Of a DNA stretch of 64,000 nt, positions 26,297 through 39,257 are shown piece after piece; within the stretch, counting starts at the first letter, position 1; every line of letters begins with the position of its first letter. Made by a program: the position numbers and the translations under genes. Source of the stretch: Raillietiella orientalis (taxonomy: Eukaryota); assembly GCA_036172245.1 (NCBI GenBank), contig JAYWIR010000008.1, positions 3,224,001 through 3,288,000 of the forward strand, in the 5' to 3' direction. The notes under the pieces were generated by a model. The model searched no databases. It had not been told where the DNA came from and saw nothing but the letters and a program-made list of their open reading frames with translations.

Positions 26297-26443
26297 CTGA
26301 AAGGCAGTTTCGTTCATTCGATGACTACCTGGACTACGACGGAGTCAACCAGCAGCTGATCGCCCGATTGCTGTCGAGGAACGCCGCTTCCGAAACGGAC
26401 CCGGACTACGAGGAAGAATACAAGGAGGATGACAGCAGCAGAG
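26297..26443 (+). CDS. IA-2: Probable IA-2 acidic pro-region exon: AERQFRSFDDYLDYDGVNQQLIARLLSRNAASETDPDYEEEYKEDDSSR
   Basis: Donor gtgagc; 147 nt, phase 1-1, with strongly coding-like GC3 codons. The acceptor (gtgtcgaatag) is weak. Confidence 0.7.
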
Positions 26444-28474
26444 GTGAGCCCTGGACTCTTTCCCGCTTCGCGTTCCCTTCCGCCGTCTGGAGCTGCCTTC
26501 CAGGTCCGGTCACCGTTCGCTCGAGCAAAGGATGCTGCGCGATTCGAGACTTGAGCTCTAGCTGCGTTCTGTAAAGGGGGAGTTTCCGAGTGCGAGGAAG
26601 GAAGAGAGAGAAGGGGGGGGGGGATAGTAAGCTTTGCCAAGTTTACTTCCTTCTCTCCTCTTTCCTCTTCTCGGAGGATAACAGCCGTGGAGATGATGCC
26701 GGGGAAGACTTTGGTTCTTCTTTTCCTCCGACCTCAGGCCTGGAATGAATCTTCGGCGGCTCCTCGCAAGCATCGGTCTCAACTAGCACGGTTGTTCAGA
26801 CTCAAGCGCCACGCGAACATCGATCCGCGTGGCGCTTGTGGAGACCATCACCGGCTCGGTCGGGTCACGAGCGATGTCCGGCTGTCTGGACGCGCAGCTG
26901 ACCACATTCGGATCGATCGGCAGACCAACCCAATTCCCGTCGCGAATCGACTTCCGGTCGCAGAACAGCGCCCTCGGTGCCCCCGTTCTTTCTCTCTCAC
27001 CATGCGATTTCCACCTTCCGATCGGGAGGACCCTCCGCCCCGGCAACCTCGCCCCGGGTGGTCCTTGCGGGGCTGGACAGTTCCTAGGACGCCGGCTAGT
27101 GTGGACCCGGAAGCAGTCAGAAGCCCTCCGTGTCCCGGGACAGGAGGCAAGCAATCAGCTTCATGCACCGCGGACAGAGGTCGCGAGACCACCACCCAGC
27201 TGCGAGGCTTCCCCACCAAGTGCTGGGAGAGAACGGACTCGTGCCTCCGGAACTTTCCTGGAGCTGTGTAGCCGCGCGTCTTGCGCCGCGCCGGCCACCA
27301 CCAGGTGCGCAGACCACCTCCGTTTCTTCCTGCGGACTTGTCAGGTCACTTCCGGGTCCCCGGAAAAACTTTTCTTCCCTCAGCGCCCTCCTGGAAGATT
27401 CCCTTTTCGCTTCCTTCCTGTTCTCGTGTTCCCTACCCGCCCCTCCGCCTCTCAGCTGCATCACGGCGGGCGCCGCCGCCTCTGCGGCGCAGATTTCGTT
27501 ATCGCCAGAGGGGCTCACCGTCCCCGCAGCCGAACCGTCCAAGTGTTTCCGTGCTTCCTCGCCTCGTTGCCCCCTCTTCACCTGGAGATTTTCGAGGTCA
27601 TCCGTTTCCCAACATGTGCTAAACGACCTTCATCTAGATCTGAGCCTACTTTTCTTTTCCCCCTCCCCCTCTCTTCCTATAGATGGGAGAAGTATCTGCT
27701 TTGATCTTTGGGTTTGCATAGGCGTGTTCCGCTCCCGACCCACGGTTTTCCACGGTCCGGTCCCCGTGTCACCTAGTCGTGGATTCATCGCCGTCAGAAA
27801 ATACATTCCCGGACACTTGCTCCACCTGTTGAGCTTGCGGCCAGCACTCCCTCCCCTCTGCCTTCATTCGGGAAGCGGGAAGAGGGCAGAAGCAGGCGAT
27901 GCCCTCTGATTGTCTTCTTGCCTTGAGGGGTGCCCTGCGACCTCGCGGCCTTCCGTTTTCCGAAAACGTTACCACCGGGCAGAAGTGCCACCTCTTTCGT
28001 TTCAAAACGAGGCTCCTGCCTGAGAAGAGCGGAAGTCACCAAAAGTGGAAGCGCTTCGAGGAAGCGCCCACCGTCCCGCAAGCGCCGAGGGAGCACCATC
28101 CTGGCGTTTGGCGGGATAGGGAGCTGCGCCCAAGCTTGCGCTGAACCGCGTTCGCTGCTGCAGCCTAAGGCCAACTTTCCTCCGCGTCCTGGGGACCTGC
28201 CTCGCTTGCGAACTTCCGCCTTCTTTTGCTCCAAGCGTCCTCCGCCTTCTCCTCCTCGTTCCGTGCAGGGATGCAGGGGAAAACCCACACATCCGGCGCA
28301 GGGACGGCGGGAGAGCCGCTGGCCATCCCTGCTGCCTCCGATTCGTTCCTTCCCATCCGTCAAGCATTCCCGAACCTTCCGGTCTGTAGGACTGGGGCGC
28401 CATCCAAAGCGACCCCAGCCGCTTGCTCAGCTTGCCAGCATAGGCCTTCGAGGCGGTGCCCATCAAACTCCAAC

Positions 28475-29220
28475 CATAAAAAATAGATACATCTATTTAT
28501 TTTTATGCTTATTTACGGGTAAATAGGTAGATTAGTATATATTCCAAGGATTATTAAAAATAAACATGTGTGCTTATTATTATCTGAAAACATATTTATA
28601 TAGAGATTGATATACAAATTTATTTTAGCATACATATTTATTAAAAGAATTAGTGATATGCATTGATGTATATTATTGATACATATTTTAAAGATCATAA
28701 AAGATATATGCTTATGTTATATCTTAATTTATATTTATATATATAACAAATATGTATTAATGAATGAATATAAAAATACTGAATTATAAGCACATGTGTT
28801 TATCGAACGATCACAATGCCAAAAATAGAATTCATCAATTGTTGCGGAAGTTCCGTTTGCTGAATGCTGTAAATGACAGGAAAAGGAAATACCAAATCTC
28901 CTTTCTTTTTTTTTTTTTAATTTGGTTGCTTTTTTTCATTTTTTTCCAGTATTTTTGATTCTCACCATTATTTTTCATTTTTTATAACTTGATATTCATA
29001 TATTTGTTTAATACATATTCGTTATATACATAAAAACACATTAATGCACATAAACAAACATATTCATTTTTATGATGTTTTTATATATTATTAATTAAAT
29101 CAATAATGTGTATGTTAAAATACTTATGCATATTAATTTATATGTCGCTATATATATAGATATAGATCAGTGTGCATAATAGGCATGTAGAATTTGTTTT
29201 TTATAATGTTCCGGGATTTT
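28475..29220. mobile_element. AT-rich foldback/MITE-like element, copy 2
   Basis: Sharp AT island. Imperfect inverted arms built of AATAAACACATGT-like units surround a core shared with copy 1. Confidence 0.6.
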
Positions 29221-29229
29221 GATCGTCTT

Positions 29230-30120
29230 TTGAGGAAGGACCCCTCCTTAAGCAAGGTACAAGAAAACGTCTTCGCAAAGTGTTGCTCCGCACTGGGGGA
29301 ACAGTGCAAAGATATACCCTTAAATGCGCCTCTCAAGTGCAAATTCTCTGGAACCAAGTGCCGCCGAACGCGTGGTGGATCAGCTGCGAGATTCTGAACT
29401 GGGGGAGTGCTGGGAAATCTGGGTTTCTCGGAAGCGTGGCAGGCGAGGTTTCATCCTAGCTGCAGAATGCCGCCAAACGTTTCGTTGCACCCGAGAGACC
29501 TTTGAACTTTTGGAATAATCGGGAAGGGACTTCCAGCATGCAGAATGGGACGGAAGGTGGAGGGAGAAGAAGGGGCTGAGTGAGAACCCTTTTTTATCTC
29601 GCCGTCTGAATGCATAAGGGGATTCTGGGTACACCTGGTTCGAACGATCAACGTCTTGAGTGACCAGCCCGTTGAGAGCAGCTGTCGTCGCTGAGGACTT
29701 CCCAAAGCAATCAGGTGGAGCAACGAGGCTTCGTGGAGCACGCTGCCGTATTCGTTCCGTAGGGAATCCGAGGCCCTTGCATGCAACCTACAATGATGTC
29801 ACGCTTGCGGGATGATGTGCAGCTTCGCATGCAAGATGCGTCTGGCTCCTTCTGGATCGCGAAGCAGAATTCGCTTGTGGAGGTGCCGACAAGCACGCCA
29901 CCAGCAGCAGAGCGCTGCCATTGCTGAAGAGCAGGGCCGTAGAGAACGTTTGCCCTGTGGCTAGAAGCCCTGCTGCGAGCCGGGTTCCAGGGTCACGCGC
30001 TCGGTAGGGAAACCACTTTCGCTTTTGTCCCACCTTCCTGCTACAGGGAAATCTTCTAAGTCCTGTTCAACTCTTGCTTAACTGACGCCGGCTTCGGCGC
30101 TCTCTCGAAGCAAGGCTTGA
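29230..30120 (-). mobile_element. Decayed LINE ORF2 fragment (I/Nimb-like post-RT region)
   Basis: Minus-strand EYGSVLHEASLLHLIALGSPQRRQLLSTGWSLKT resembles the LEYGS..AS..L..LD..Q..LR..TGA.RT block. Confidence 0.5.
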
Positions 30121-31079
30121 GTGACCCTTGCAAGGGCGTCGATGTCATGGGGAGCGCACGGGCAATGTTTGAGCACAACGTTGGGGGGGGGGGGGGGAAC
30201 CAGGATGCTCAGATGCCCAGAATCTGCACGCATATGCACACGCACACACGTGTGCACGTGTTGGTCATTGATACAACGTCTGAATGAGCAGAAAGCTGAG
30301 GCAGCGGACTTTCAAGGGAAACGCTGCTGGGAGTCTGCGTCTGTCCGAAAATCTCTTCTCCTTACGACGCTCATCCTTCTCCAGTCTCCGAGGTTTCGGC
30401 AGGACCCAAAATCTGGCCTCGCGGCTATGCCGCTTCGCTAGATCTCTCCGGTCACGGCTGACTGCCGGAACTCATCTGCGTCCGTCTCTCGCTTCCCTTC
30501 GTCCGGGTGCATCCTGTAAAGTCGTCGGCTTCCCCCCTCCCCTTCGAGCGGGTCAGCTCGCCCTCGAAGCAACCAGGACGTGTCATGCCGGTTCCTCTTC
30601 GTTCCGCCTCGGCAGCGGCTGGGCAGTTCCTCTGCAGACCAGACCGACGTGCGTTGCTTCGGGGGGACTATCGATCGACTTGTGGGCGATGGCGCAGACG
30701 CCAGACCCGTGCCATCTAGTGCCACTACCACCAAATACCCGCAGCCGCCAAACTGATGCAGCCACTATGCCTTCTCGCTTCGGCTTCTCTACACACTTCG
30801 TTTGGTGTTCGAGGTGAGCATGCTCTCTGAGGGACACCGGGACAACCGCTGTATTTACAAGGATAGCGGTTGCCTTGTTGTGTCAATGCTGTCGCCCACT
30901 CGGGACGCTCATCGTTGGCACCCGGTCACGCTGGGGCGTTTATTTATGAAAAAATAAACATACAGGGAAATGGCAGGATGCATGACCTTGTCTCGTCGCA
31001 GAGACATAGGAGGAACCTGCTGAGAACCGGTGTGCAGTCCGGCGAGATTTGCCTCGGCAGCACAGGGGAGGGGGAGACA

Positions 31080-31880
31080 CGCAAAAAGAAAAATAAAAGG
31101 AAATAATATAAAAAATTTGGGGGTTCAGGAATGATGATCGTGCGCTGGAGGGTGTCTGCATGCTTGCAAGGATGCCGGCAATTTCCTGTTGCAATATTGC
31201 CAGATGAGGCCATCTTGACACTGTCCTGATGAAAAGGATAGCAAATAGATGGTGTCCCTGTCGTTCTGTCCTCCTCTGGCATTGCTTCATGCTGCCGCCA
31301 CGGTCCCGCCGCGTGGCAGCAGAGTGCTGCTGGGGATGCGGCCGGCTTGAGGGCGTCGCGCAGGAAGAGGAGTTTCAGAATGTCTCTGGGACTGATCTCG
31401 AGGATCCTCAGGGACGCGGAGAAGCGTTCCCACAGGGGACGGAGGGCAACACAGCCCAGGAGCACTCTTTCTCCGCACCTGCTGCAGTTGGGGCTTACCC
31501 TCTCTCGGGGCCAATGCTGTCGGCGGACGTTGCACGGGAGATCCCAATACCATGTTCCTGCGAGCAATGTTTCCGGTGCAGATCTTGGGAGAGGGAGGCA
31601 CAGGGAGGTGCAGCGAGCTCGGACCTTGCGAACGGCGGCCAAAGGGCTCCCACGGCGAAGAAATGCAGTCGTTTGCGAACTGGGACCGACGCCTCCCAGT
31701 TTCATCCCCCCGGCCGGCCGGATGTGGAGAGCCTTCCGCGGAAGGCTCTGATCGCTGCTTGACCGCTTCGTGGCGGGTAACGGCGCATCTCGCCACGTCG
31801 CACTTGCTGACTCTTGTTCCGGCCCCCATGCTCTTAGCTCGAGGAGGGAGATCCACAGCGCCGGAGGATGGAGAGGGGGG
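31080..31880 (-). mobile_element. 3' end of a LINE (RNase H end, CCHC knuckle, T-rich 3' region), copy 1
   Basis: Minus strand reads VSPNCSRCGE....LWERF..LRI....RDIL. Clearly homologous at nucleotide level to 51880-52330 (shared gccgccacggtcccgccgcgtgg and gagggcgtcgcgcagga). Confidence 0.65.
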
Positions 31881-31932
31881 AATGCGAAGGGACATCCCTT
31901 CCCGAAGATAATGCTCTCCCTTTTTCCCGCAG

Positions 31933-31985
31933 GCAAACCCCAGGAGTTGCAGAAATCGCTGGCAGAGACCACGCCCGCCACAAAG
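31933..31985 (+). CDS. IA-2: Probable IA-2 exon: GKPQELQKSLAETTPATK
   Basis: Strong acceptor ctctccctttttcccgcag and donor gtacgt; 53 nt, phase 1-0. This is the phase change needed between 26443 and 33874. Confidence 0.7.
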
Positions 31986-32689
31986 GTACGTTCTTGTCTC
32001 TTGGCGTCCATTCGCTCGGGCCCGCCGGGCTCGGGAAGGGCGGGGAGGAGACGTGACGGGCGCATGACCCGTCGCTGGGATGAACTCCTGGAACTGGAGC
32101 GTCAGCGGGAAGGAGTTCCGGGGTCAGGTCAGCGGTCCCGTCCCTTTCTCTGTTCCCCTCGAAAGACGCCCGGGCTGGTCCTCCCGCTTCCAAAGAATGG
32201 AAACCTCGACCCACCTCTAACCCAGACCTCAAAGTCGACACCTTAGCGGTGCTCTCTCGCTGCGGCCACGGAGTCGTCCCAAACTCCCGTTGGATGGCCG
32301 GTTGCCCCGGCCATCCAACGGGTTGCCACAGTGCCCCATGCATGGTTGCATAGCTGCCCCGGTGATGCTGCCCATCTCCTCACGGAGGCCTCTTTGCTTC
32401 GCTCGCCCTTACTCCGAGGAGCGGGTGGCTGCTCCGTCCTGGCTGCCCTCATCCGGAGGGAGCTCTGACCTCGCTGACTGGATCCTCGGCGTGTTTCCTC
32501 TTCGGGCGGCCTGGACAGGAACCGAACCTTCCAGGTAGCGCCCGGCTGCGAGGGAAGTGCAAAGCGTGCAGGAAGGCACCGGGAGGAAACACAGCTTGGC
32601 CGTCATCGAATTCGCCAGAGAAGCGCGGAGGCAGCAGGGAGCGGAAGTCCTCCATCGACAGCAACGGAGGGAACTCTTCGAAACGGCTG

Positions 32690-33272
32690 GGTCGCAGACC
32701 GGCTCCGGAGCAAACGCCTCCCCGGGATGCGCGTTCGCTGCTGTCATCCATCCGTCCCTGACCTCCCCTTCTCGTCCTCAGAGCCGTCGCGCCCCACCGT
32801 TCCCGGCTGGACGCCGACGATCCCTGACCGCCGCCACCGGAGAGACGGGGGAGACGCCGACGCTCGCGTCCGCGGTGGAGCGTGCGCGCAACGCGCGCCT
32901 GCTTGGACCCCGGCGTCCCTCTTCGCCTTCCGGACGTGGTGCCCTCGAGATTTGCGTTCCACGACCCGGCTGCGGGGGTCGGCGCGCGTATTTTCCGCGC
33001 TCCCGCGTGCCGCGCGAAGGGCCGCCGTGCTTCTCCGCAGAACCCTTCCCTTCCCTTCCTCCTCTTCCGCAGTTGCTCCCCCTCTCTCGCAAGTCGACGG
33101 CCCGTCCCCACGGGAGCCTCCGGCGACTTTTCCCGCCCGTCTTCGGAGACCGGCGGGCCTCTGCGAAGCACCTTGTGTTTCGCAGCGCCGCTGCCGGCGC
33201 TTCTCGGAACTGGAGCTCCTCTGCGAGCCTCCTCCTCCGCTCTCCCTTCCTGTCCGACGTCCTCCTCCTTCC
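32690..33272 (-). repeat. Right arm of ~580-bp GC-rich inverted repeat pair
   Basis: Mirror of 25190-25773; the ORF track gives the same peptides in several frames on opposite strands. Confidence 0.95.
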
Positions 33273-33873
33273 TTTATCTCTCCCGCCATCGGATCCCCCC
33301 TGGAGAGCAGACCCCGATGGAGGACCTCGGATCGCCTCGCAAGGCTACAGGTTTCGGAAGTCCCCGAGTGGGAGCGTCTCAGGGATCGTCCAGACTGCGG
33401 TGCTGCTCGCTGTGATTCCCAGCCTCGGACGAGGCAACGTATGCTGGAGGCGCCTTCCTGAAGCCCACGATTTCCGACGAGACATTGCATCTAAAAGAGG
33501 AGCCCGCCGTGGCAGCACACCCTGTCACTTTTGCTTCCTCGCTCCCGCGCTGAGGAAGGACCCGTGCACCTTGCTGGACGCTGGGAGAGAGGGGAGGGAA
33601 GGGAGGGAGGTTACTGCCTTGGCCTTCGCGGATGGAGTTGCCACTTGCACGAAAGCTCCCTGCCTCCGGAGCCACCGGGATCGCGGTGATGTGAGAGGCC
33701 CAACAGGGCGCTCCCTGAGGTTTTTGCGCTAGCCTTGCCTCGTGCAGGAAGTGGCCGCTCGAGAACGCTCTCGGACCTTCGCCCCGCGTTTCCCGGGGGG
33801 ATGGTCCTCTCGCCCGCTTTCGGAGCGGTGAACACGGCCGGAGGCGAGGCACTCGGAAGACTCTTTGTTCCAG

Positions 33874-34016
33874 GAAGGAGGACAGCGCGAGGTGCCCAGC
33901 TACCTAGTCGGACGGTCCAGAGGGAACCTGCCAGAAGGATCGGCGGGGCAGAGCATGGACGCGTCTTCCTACGAAATCATCGACACGTCCTACGCCTACG
34001 TCACTCTGGGAAGCAG
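33874..34016 (+). CDS. IA-2: IA-2 exon, start of mature SEA-like ectodomain: EGGQREVP...YEIIDTSYAYVTLGS(R)
   Basis: Acceptor ctctttgttccag and donor gtgcgt; 143 nt, phase 0-2. DTSYAYV corresponds to the first strand of the IA-2 ectodomain (YGYI in vertebrates). Confidence 0.85.
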
Positions 34017-34266
34017 GTGCGTTGGTGGCCAGGGGGCGACCTTCCTCTTCGACCCGGCTGCTCCGCCGCACAGCTGCAAAGCGGCGACCTCCGGCGCTTC
34101 CCAGACGCGCCCGCCACCGCGGCGCGGGCCATCACGTCGCACTTCCGCTCGCCAACGGGAGCGACCCCTCAGACCATCAGACCACATTGACCCCGCGTCT
34201 TTGCCTGCTACCCTCGACCAGGGGCGCAGCCGCTCAGGCTAGGTTCTTCGCACTTATTCCTTCCCA

Positions 34267-35190
34267 ATGATGAGGATGACTGCGATTGTGATTGTGACGG
34301 TGATGGTGATTGTGATGATAATGAAGGCTGCGACTGTGATGATGACTGTGGTGAGAATGATGATCACGATCATGATGATTGTAACGATGATGATTACCAC
34401 AATGATTGTGACGACGCCGATGATCGCAATATTCATGATTGCGATGGTGATTACGATGCTGATGATTGTGGTGATGATTACAATATCAATGATTGTGATG
34501 ATTACGATGTCGACATTGTAATGTTAATGGTGATGACGATTGTAACTGCGATGATTAATAGTACTATCATTATTACATTGATAATGATTGTGACGATGAT
34601 GATGATAGCAGCTATTGCTTCCATTCTCCCCATTCCATTCATATTGCTATTATGGCCAGCATCATTTTTGCAGTCATGATTACGATTGCTATTATTACTT
34701 TAGTTATTATTGCTATTCCTTCTTCTAGCATCATTATCATTGCTATTATTATTACTATTGCTAGGATCATTGATGTTATTGCCAATATTATTACCCTTTT
34801 GAATTGCTACCAATACTATTGATGATAATATTATTACTGCTAATCTCAATATTAACACTGCTGCCACAGTATTATTGTTAACGCTACGATTACTGCTATT
34901 ATTGTTTCTATTAGTAATATTATTTTTACTCCAATTAGTGCTATCATTATGGATTTTTCAGCTACTGTGGTTATTCTTGTTGTTACATTATTAATGCATT
35001 ATTAACATTATTAATGCTATCATTACTATTACTGTTAGTGCTCTTGCGATCATTATTGCTATTAATATTGCTGTTACTATCGATGCTATTTGGGCTACTG
35101 CTTTTAATACTTATTATTTCCATTACCATTACCATTACTACATTGTCGTTACTACTATCGTTATCACTGCACTTTTTCGTATTATTAGCG
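34267..35190. repeat. Degenerate trinucleotide microsatellite ((GAT/GTG/ACG)n then (ATT/ACT/ATC)n)
   Basis: 3-bp periodic low-complexity sequence, directly visible. Confidence 0.9.
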
Positions 35191-38080
35191 TCACCATGGT
35201 GAATAGTGAAAAGCGTAACCATGGCATCGCGGTTCAGCGTTGACTTTCATTGCCGCCGCTTTCAGCGCACGCGGGCGCCGTTGCCACGGTTTCCGCCTCT
35301 GCTGTTCTCCGAGCGGGGGACGCCTGCCCCTCCACCCGCACGACGGCCCCCCTCCGATCCTTCGGGCGACGCCGCTCCGGGGCTCCAGGCGCGCGGTCGA
35401 GTTCTGGAGACGGCCCCTGTAGCTGGAGGATGGCGCCGTCCGCGCGGCACAGCCTCCTCCCTCGTCGCTGCCCCCGGGAGGAAGAACCGAGAGTGGGGTA
35501 TGACGGGTTGCCCTACCTCCACGATCCGGAGGGGCGACTCCGCACTGCCGCCCCACCCTCTTCCTTCCGACAGGCGCTCCGAGGAGGCGAGGACCGGGAG
35601 GTAGGCGGCAGTACTTGCTGGAGAGAGGAAGGGAAGGTCCAGGAAGGAGAGCATCCAGCGCATCCAGAACGCCACCGGACGCGCAGCGCCCGGGCCAGAA
35701 AGTCCTCCGGTATGAGGTCGTTACTGGGGGAGGAGGGAGTGGCTCTAAGGCAGGAAGAGCGGGAGGCGTCGCCGTCGAGAGTCTGTCGCCGGCTGCCTCC
35801 ACCGAGCTCCCCACGCCGGGTGTCGGTGAGGAGTGGAGTAGGCATGCCTGCCCACTCCGGACCTAACAAGCCACGTCGGCAGGCCCCCCGTCCCGCTTCT
35901 CCCGCGGAAGGGCACGCTCGCTGTCCCCACGCGGCCGCGGCGAGAGACGTCACGGATTCCCCTCGAGGGCAAACGAGGGGCAGCGAACCAGGCGCGCCAG
36001 AGGCGACGAGGCAGGACATGGCGGAGCGAGGAGTCGAGACGAGGGGCGGTTGGCCAAGTCCGCTTGTCCAGGGAACCCCCACCATTTCATGAGATCCGAG
36101 GAGGCACCGTGGGGAACGAACAGAAGATGCTGACCAGCGCAGCCATTACTCCTCCCGGAAGGAAGGAACCGCGTTGCCAACATGGCGAACGTGCCCTGTC
36201 CTTCGAGGGCAGAGCGGCAGCGTTCCAGAAGACGCGCGGGTGGGAAGGAGGGGAAACACCGGAGCCACTTCCTTGATTTTTCACCCCCAGATGGCCGAGC
36301 GTCCCTCCATCGGCACCCTGGGATACCCAGGACCTTCTGGAGGAGCTGGGGGATTTCCGGAACTCACGCCATCCCGGCCGATTCTGAGAGAGGAGGGGGG
36401 TTTCCCAGAGCCCAACGCGGTCGGGAATAAGAGGGAAAGTCCAGTCCGGAGAAGACCTCCAAGCCAGCTAGTCTCCGGAACCGCTGGAACTCGAGAGAGA
36501 GCAGCCTCTTGGCATCAACCGGAAACCCCCCGGTGTCGAGAGGAAGGTTGAGGGTTCCTCGCCCCCGCAAGGGAAGCCCGTTTCCTCCGTCAACGAGGGC
36601 GAGACTGGACACGCCTGAAGAATCGCCTTTGGGTGTTCGAAGACGTGAAGGGGGTGGCCCTCCCTCCTGGACAGCAGCGCGGAGCGACGGTGCCGCGGCG
36701 ACCCGCACCCCACAAACCGGGCTGGGACTCGGTTTGGGAGCGTCCGCTGAGCGAAGGCGTCCGCTCTCTCGACTGCGCTCCGCGGGAGGGAGGGCCGCGT
36801 TACGAGCTCGTCATCGTGGCACGGGTCCCGTGAGGCTGTTCGAGCGGAAGGAGGGAACCCGGGCTGCGCCACCCGCATCCCGGGGGCAGACGCTGTCGCG
36901 TCCGCATCAGAAGAACCTGCAGCTCCGGGGGATCTCAGTGGAGCTCCTTGCTGGCAACCGGACCTCCGGGGCGGAGGCGCTTCCGGTGGTAGTCGCGGAT
37001 ACGCTTTCCTGAGAAAAGATGGCGCTGGAAGCGTCCCACCTCGCCGCACGACCGATGCTTCAGCGCCCGGATGCCCTGTTTCGAAAAAACGGCAGGCGGA
37101 CGCAGGGTGCACGTTTCTCCAGGAAGGAGAGCCGGTTCCCGAAGGGCAGCAAGGACTCTGGATGCTGCCTCTTCGTAGGTGGACATGCTGCTCGGAGACA
37201 GCGTCCCGGGCGCTCAACAAGAGGATCATGGGGATGGACAGGAGGCGCCGGAACGCGCTCGCCTTTACGGACTTTAAGCGGTCCTCCCCGCACGGATGGC
37301 TCCTTTCCAGACCAGAAAGTTTGGATCGAGGGGAAGCTGCGTGCCAAGTCCTTGCTGAGAGATGTCTTTCGAGAAGCGCAACTGAAGGATTCGCGTCTTC
37401 TCGTTTCGTACGGCTCCGTCCTTCTCGAGCCCTGTTTCCTGGGATCGGTTGGCTTTGCAGGGCGCCAGCCAAACCGTGGAGCACCCCTTTTCCTGGATGG
37501 GACGGTCTTCGGCATTCGCGCTTGCATGTCCAGTCAGGTCTTTCAAGACCACTAGCCTGCCGGATACGAACATGGGCTTCAGATATTCGCCGCACGATCG
37601 TCTTCCAATGCTCCCACGCACCACTTACGCGCCTCCGAGCAGATGAACGCGGATGACCGCCCATCGATCGCTTTTCGCTTCCTGGAAGCGCGGAGACTTT
37701 CCTTTCTTCTTCTGCTGCGTCGGAAACTGAGGGTCGCGCCTCCTGAAAGTTGTCGTCCTCTTCGGAAGGCGAAGAGGAAGAAGGGGAGGAGGATGGAGGA
37801 AATGAGGAGGCTTTCTCCCGCGGTCCTTCAAGTCGGCTGCCTCCCGCGCGCTCTTCAGATGTCTCTCCAGACTTCTGCTGGATGTCGAGGAGAAGGCGAG
37901 GGAGGGAGGGGGAGGGGAGGAGCCAGCGACTTGCAGCCGGCACGCTCCGCGCGCGCCGATAAAAGACGCACGGAAACGGACGCACATGGCGAGATGCGGG
38001 CAGACGCGGCTCGCAGCCGCCGCGGATTTCTCCGAGAGAGCTCACCGATAGCAGGCTGACGGATCTCTTTCTCTTGCCAG

Positions 38081-38164
38081 GGTGTCCTCCGGCGAAGCCA
38101 CCGGTCTCGTCAGGTACTTCGAGAAGCTCGTCGGACTGCCCGTCGGAACGTTCTCCAACGTCAG
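38081..38164 (+). CDS. IA-2: IA-2 ectodomain exon: VSSGEATGLVRYFEKLVGLPVGTFSNV(R)
   Basis: Acceptor ctctttctcttgccag and donor gtaggc; 84 nt, phase 2-2. Helix plus LP..F pattern of the SEA-like domain. Confidence 0.88.
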
Positions 38165-39257
38165 GTAGGCAGGCGGCGGTCACCCCCACCCCTCTCCCCC
38201 TTTTTTATTTTTCTTGTTTGTTTGTCTTTTCCGTGGCCCCCTCGTTCACCGGCAAGAAAGATGCAGATGCTCGTGGATGCGCATCGCCGCGAGTGACAGG
38301 GGTGCGCGACCATCATGAACGGAGTGAGCGAAGGGGAACCGATGGGGTCCCCTCCTGGTCCAGGGACGTTCGAGAGCTGCTCGGAGATGGCTCTCCACCA
38401 GCTCCGGGGAGTCCGAGAGAGGTCCTCCCCAGACGCACGTGCCCCCGGACAGCAGTAGTTTGGCACTGTTTCCCTTCCGTCGCTCCCATCTTCCCTCGCG
38501 GTCAGCGCTCTTCTGACCTGCCGCCAACGGCGACTACACCTCCCACTTCTCGTTCTGCTTTACTCACGATACGAAAGGAAAGGGGATCGCGCGCGCCTGC
38601 GCGGGAGGGGTGGAGGGTGAAGATAGGACGGGCAGAGCTCCGATGCGGGCGTAGGGGACCAGCCGGCTGTGCTGCTGCACGCCTGGATTCGTTTCCACGA
38701 CAATGGGATGCTATGGAGACAGAGCTCTTCCAGAAAATCGGAGAGTCTCCGTTCCCAGAGGCGTTGGCCCCTCCGCAGTCGTTTCTCCCCAGCAACCGGC
38801 GGGATGACGCACCGGGAACTGAAGCGCCCGGGCGCCGCGAGAGCAGGAGAAAGGGGGGACCTGGAATGAGGCGGAGAGCGGAAGCAGAGGGCCCCCACGG
38901 TCGGGGGACGCGACCCGCGGGGAAGGACGGAAGCCGGCGCTGGGATGCAGAGGTCGCGTGAGCGTGCAAATCTCAGGCAGCAGCGGCGGCTTCCGGGCGA
39001 CCACGGCAAAGAGGGGGAGCGGGGAGAGGAGGTGGGAGAGCATCCGCCAACTTCCCCTCAGCCCCGTCTTCCGGGAGATCCGGCTGCGGTGCGGAGGAGG
39101 AACTGACTGAAATCCTCCAGCGTCGAGAAGTCGGGCACTCTCGGGAGTGGCGAGCGAGGGGATGCAGATCTGCGCCTTCCGAAGGATAGCAATGCTATGG
39201 CTAGTTGTTTCAGCCCATGACTCCTGCTGGGCAGGGGTGGAACAATGCGAGAACACT

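Noticed and set aside
34254..35222. Hydrophobic 'membrane protein' ORFs
   Set aside because: Translations of a trinucleotide microsatellite.
37311..37405. Alternative candidate for the ectodomain helix exon
   Set aside because: No good donor; 38081-38164 fits phase, motif and splice signals much better.
36468..38189. 573-aa minus-strand ORF and other long ORFs (32557, 30944, 40069, 5215)
   Set aside because: R/P/S/G-rich with no recognisable domain, as expected by chance in GC-rich intron DNA. Parts are antisense to, or read through, real exons and repeats.
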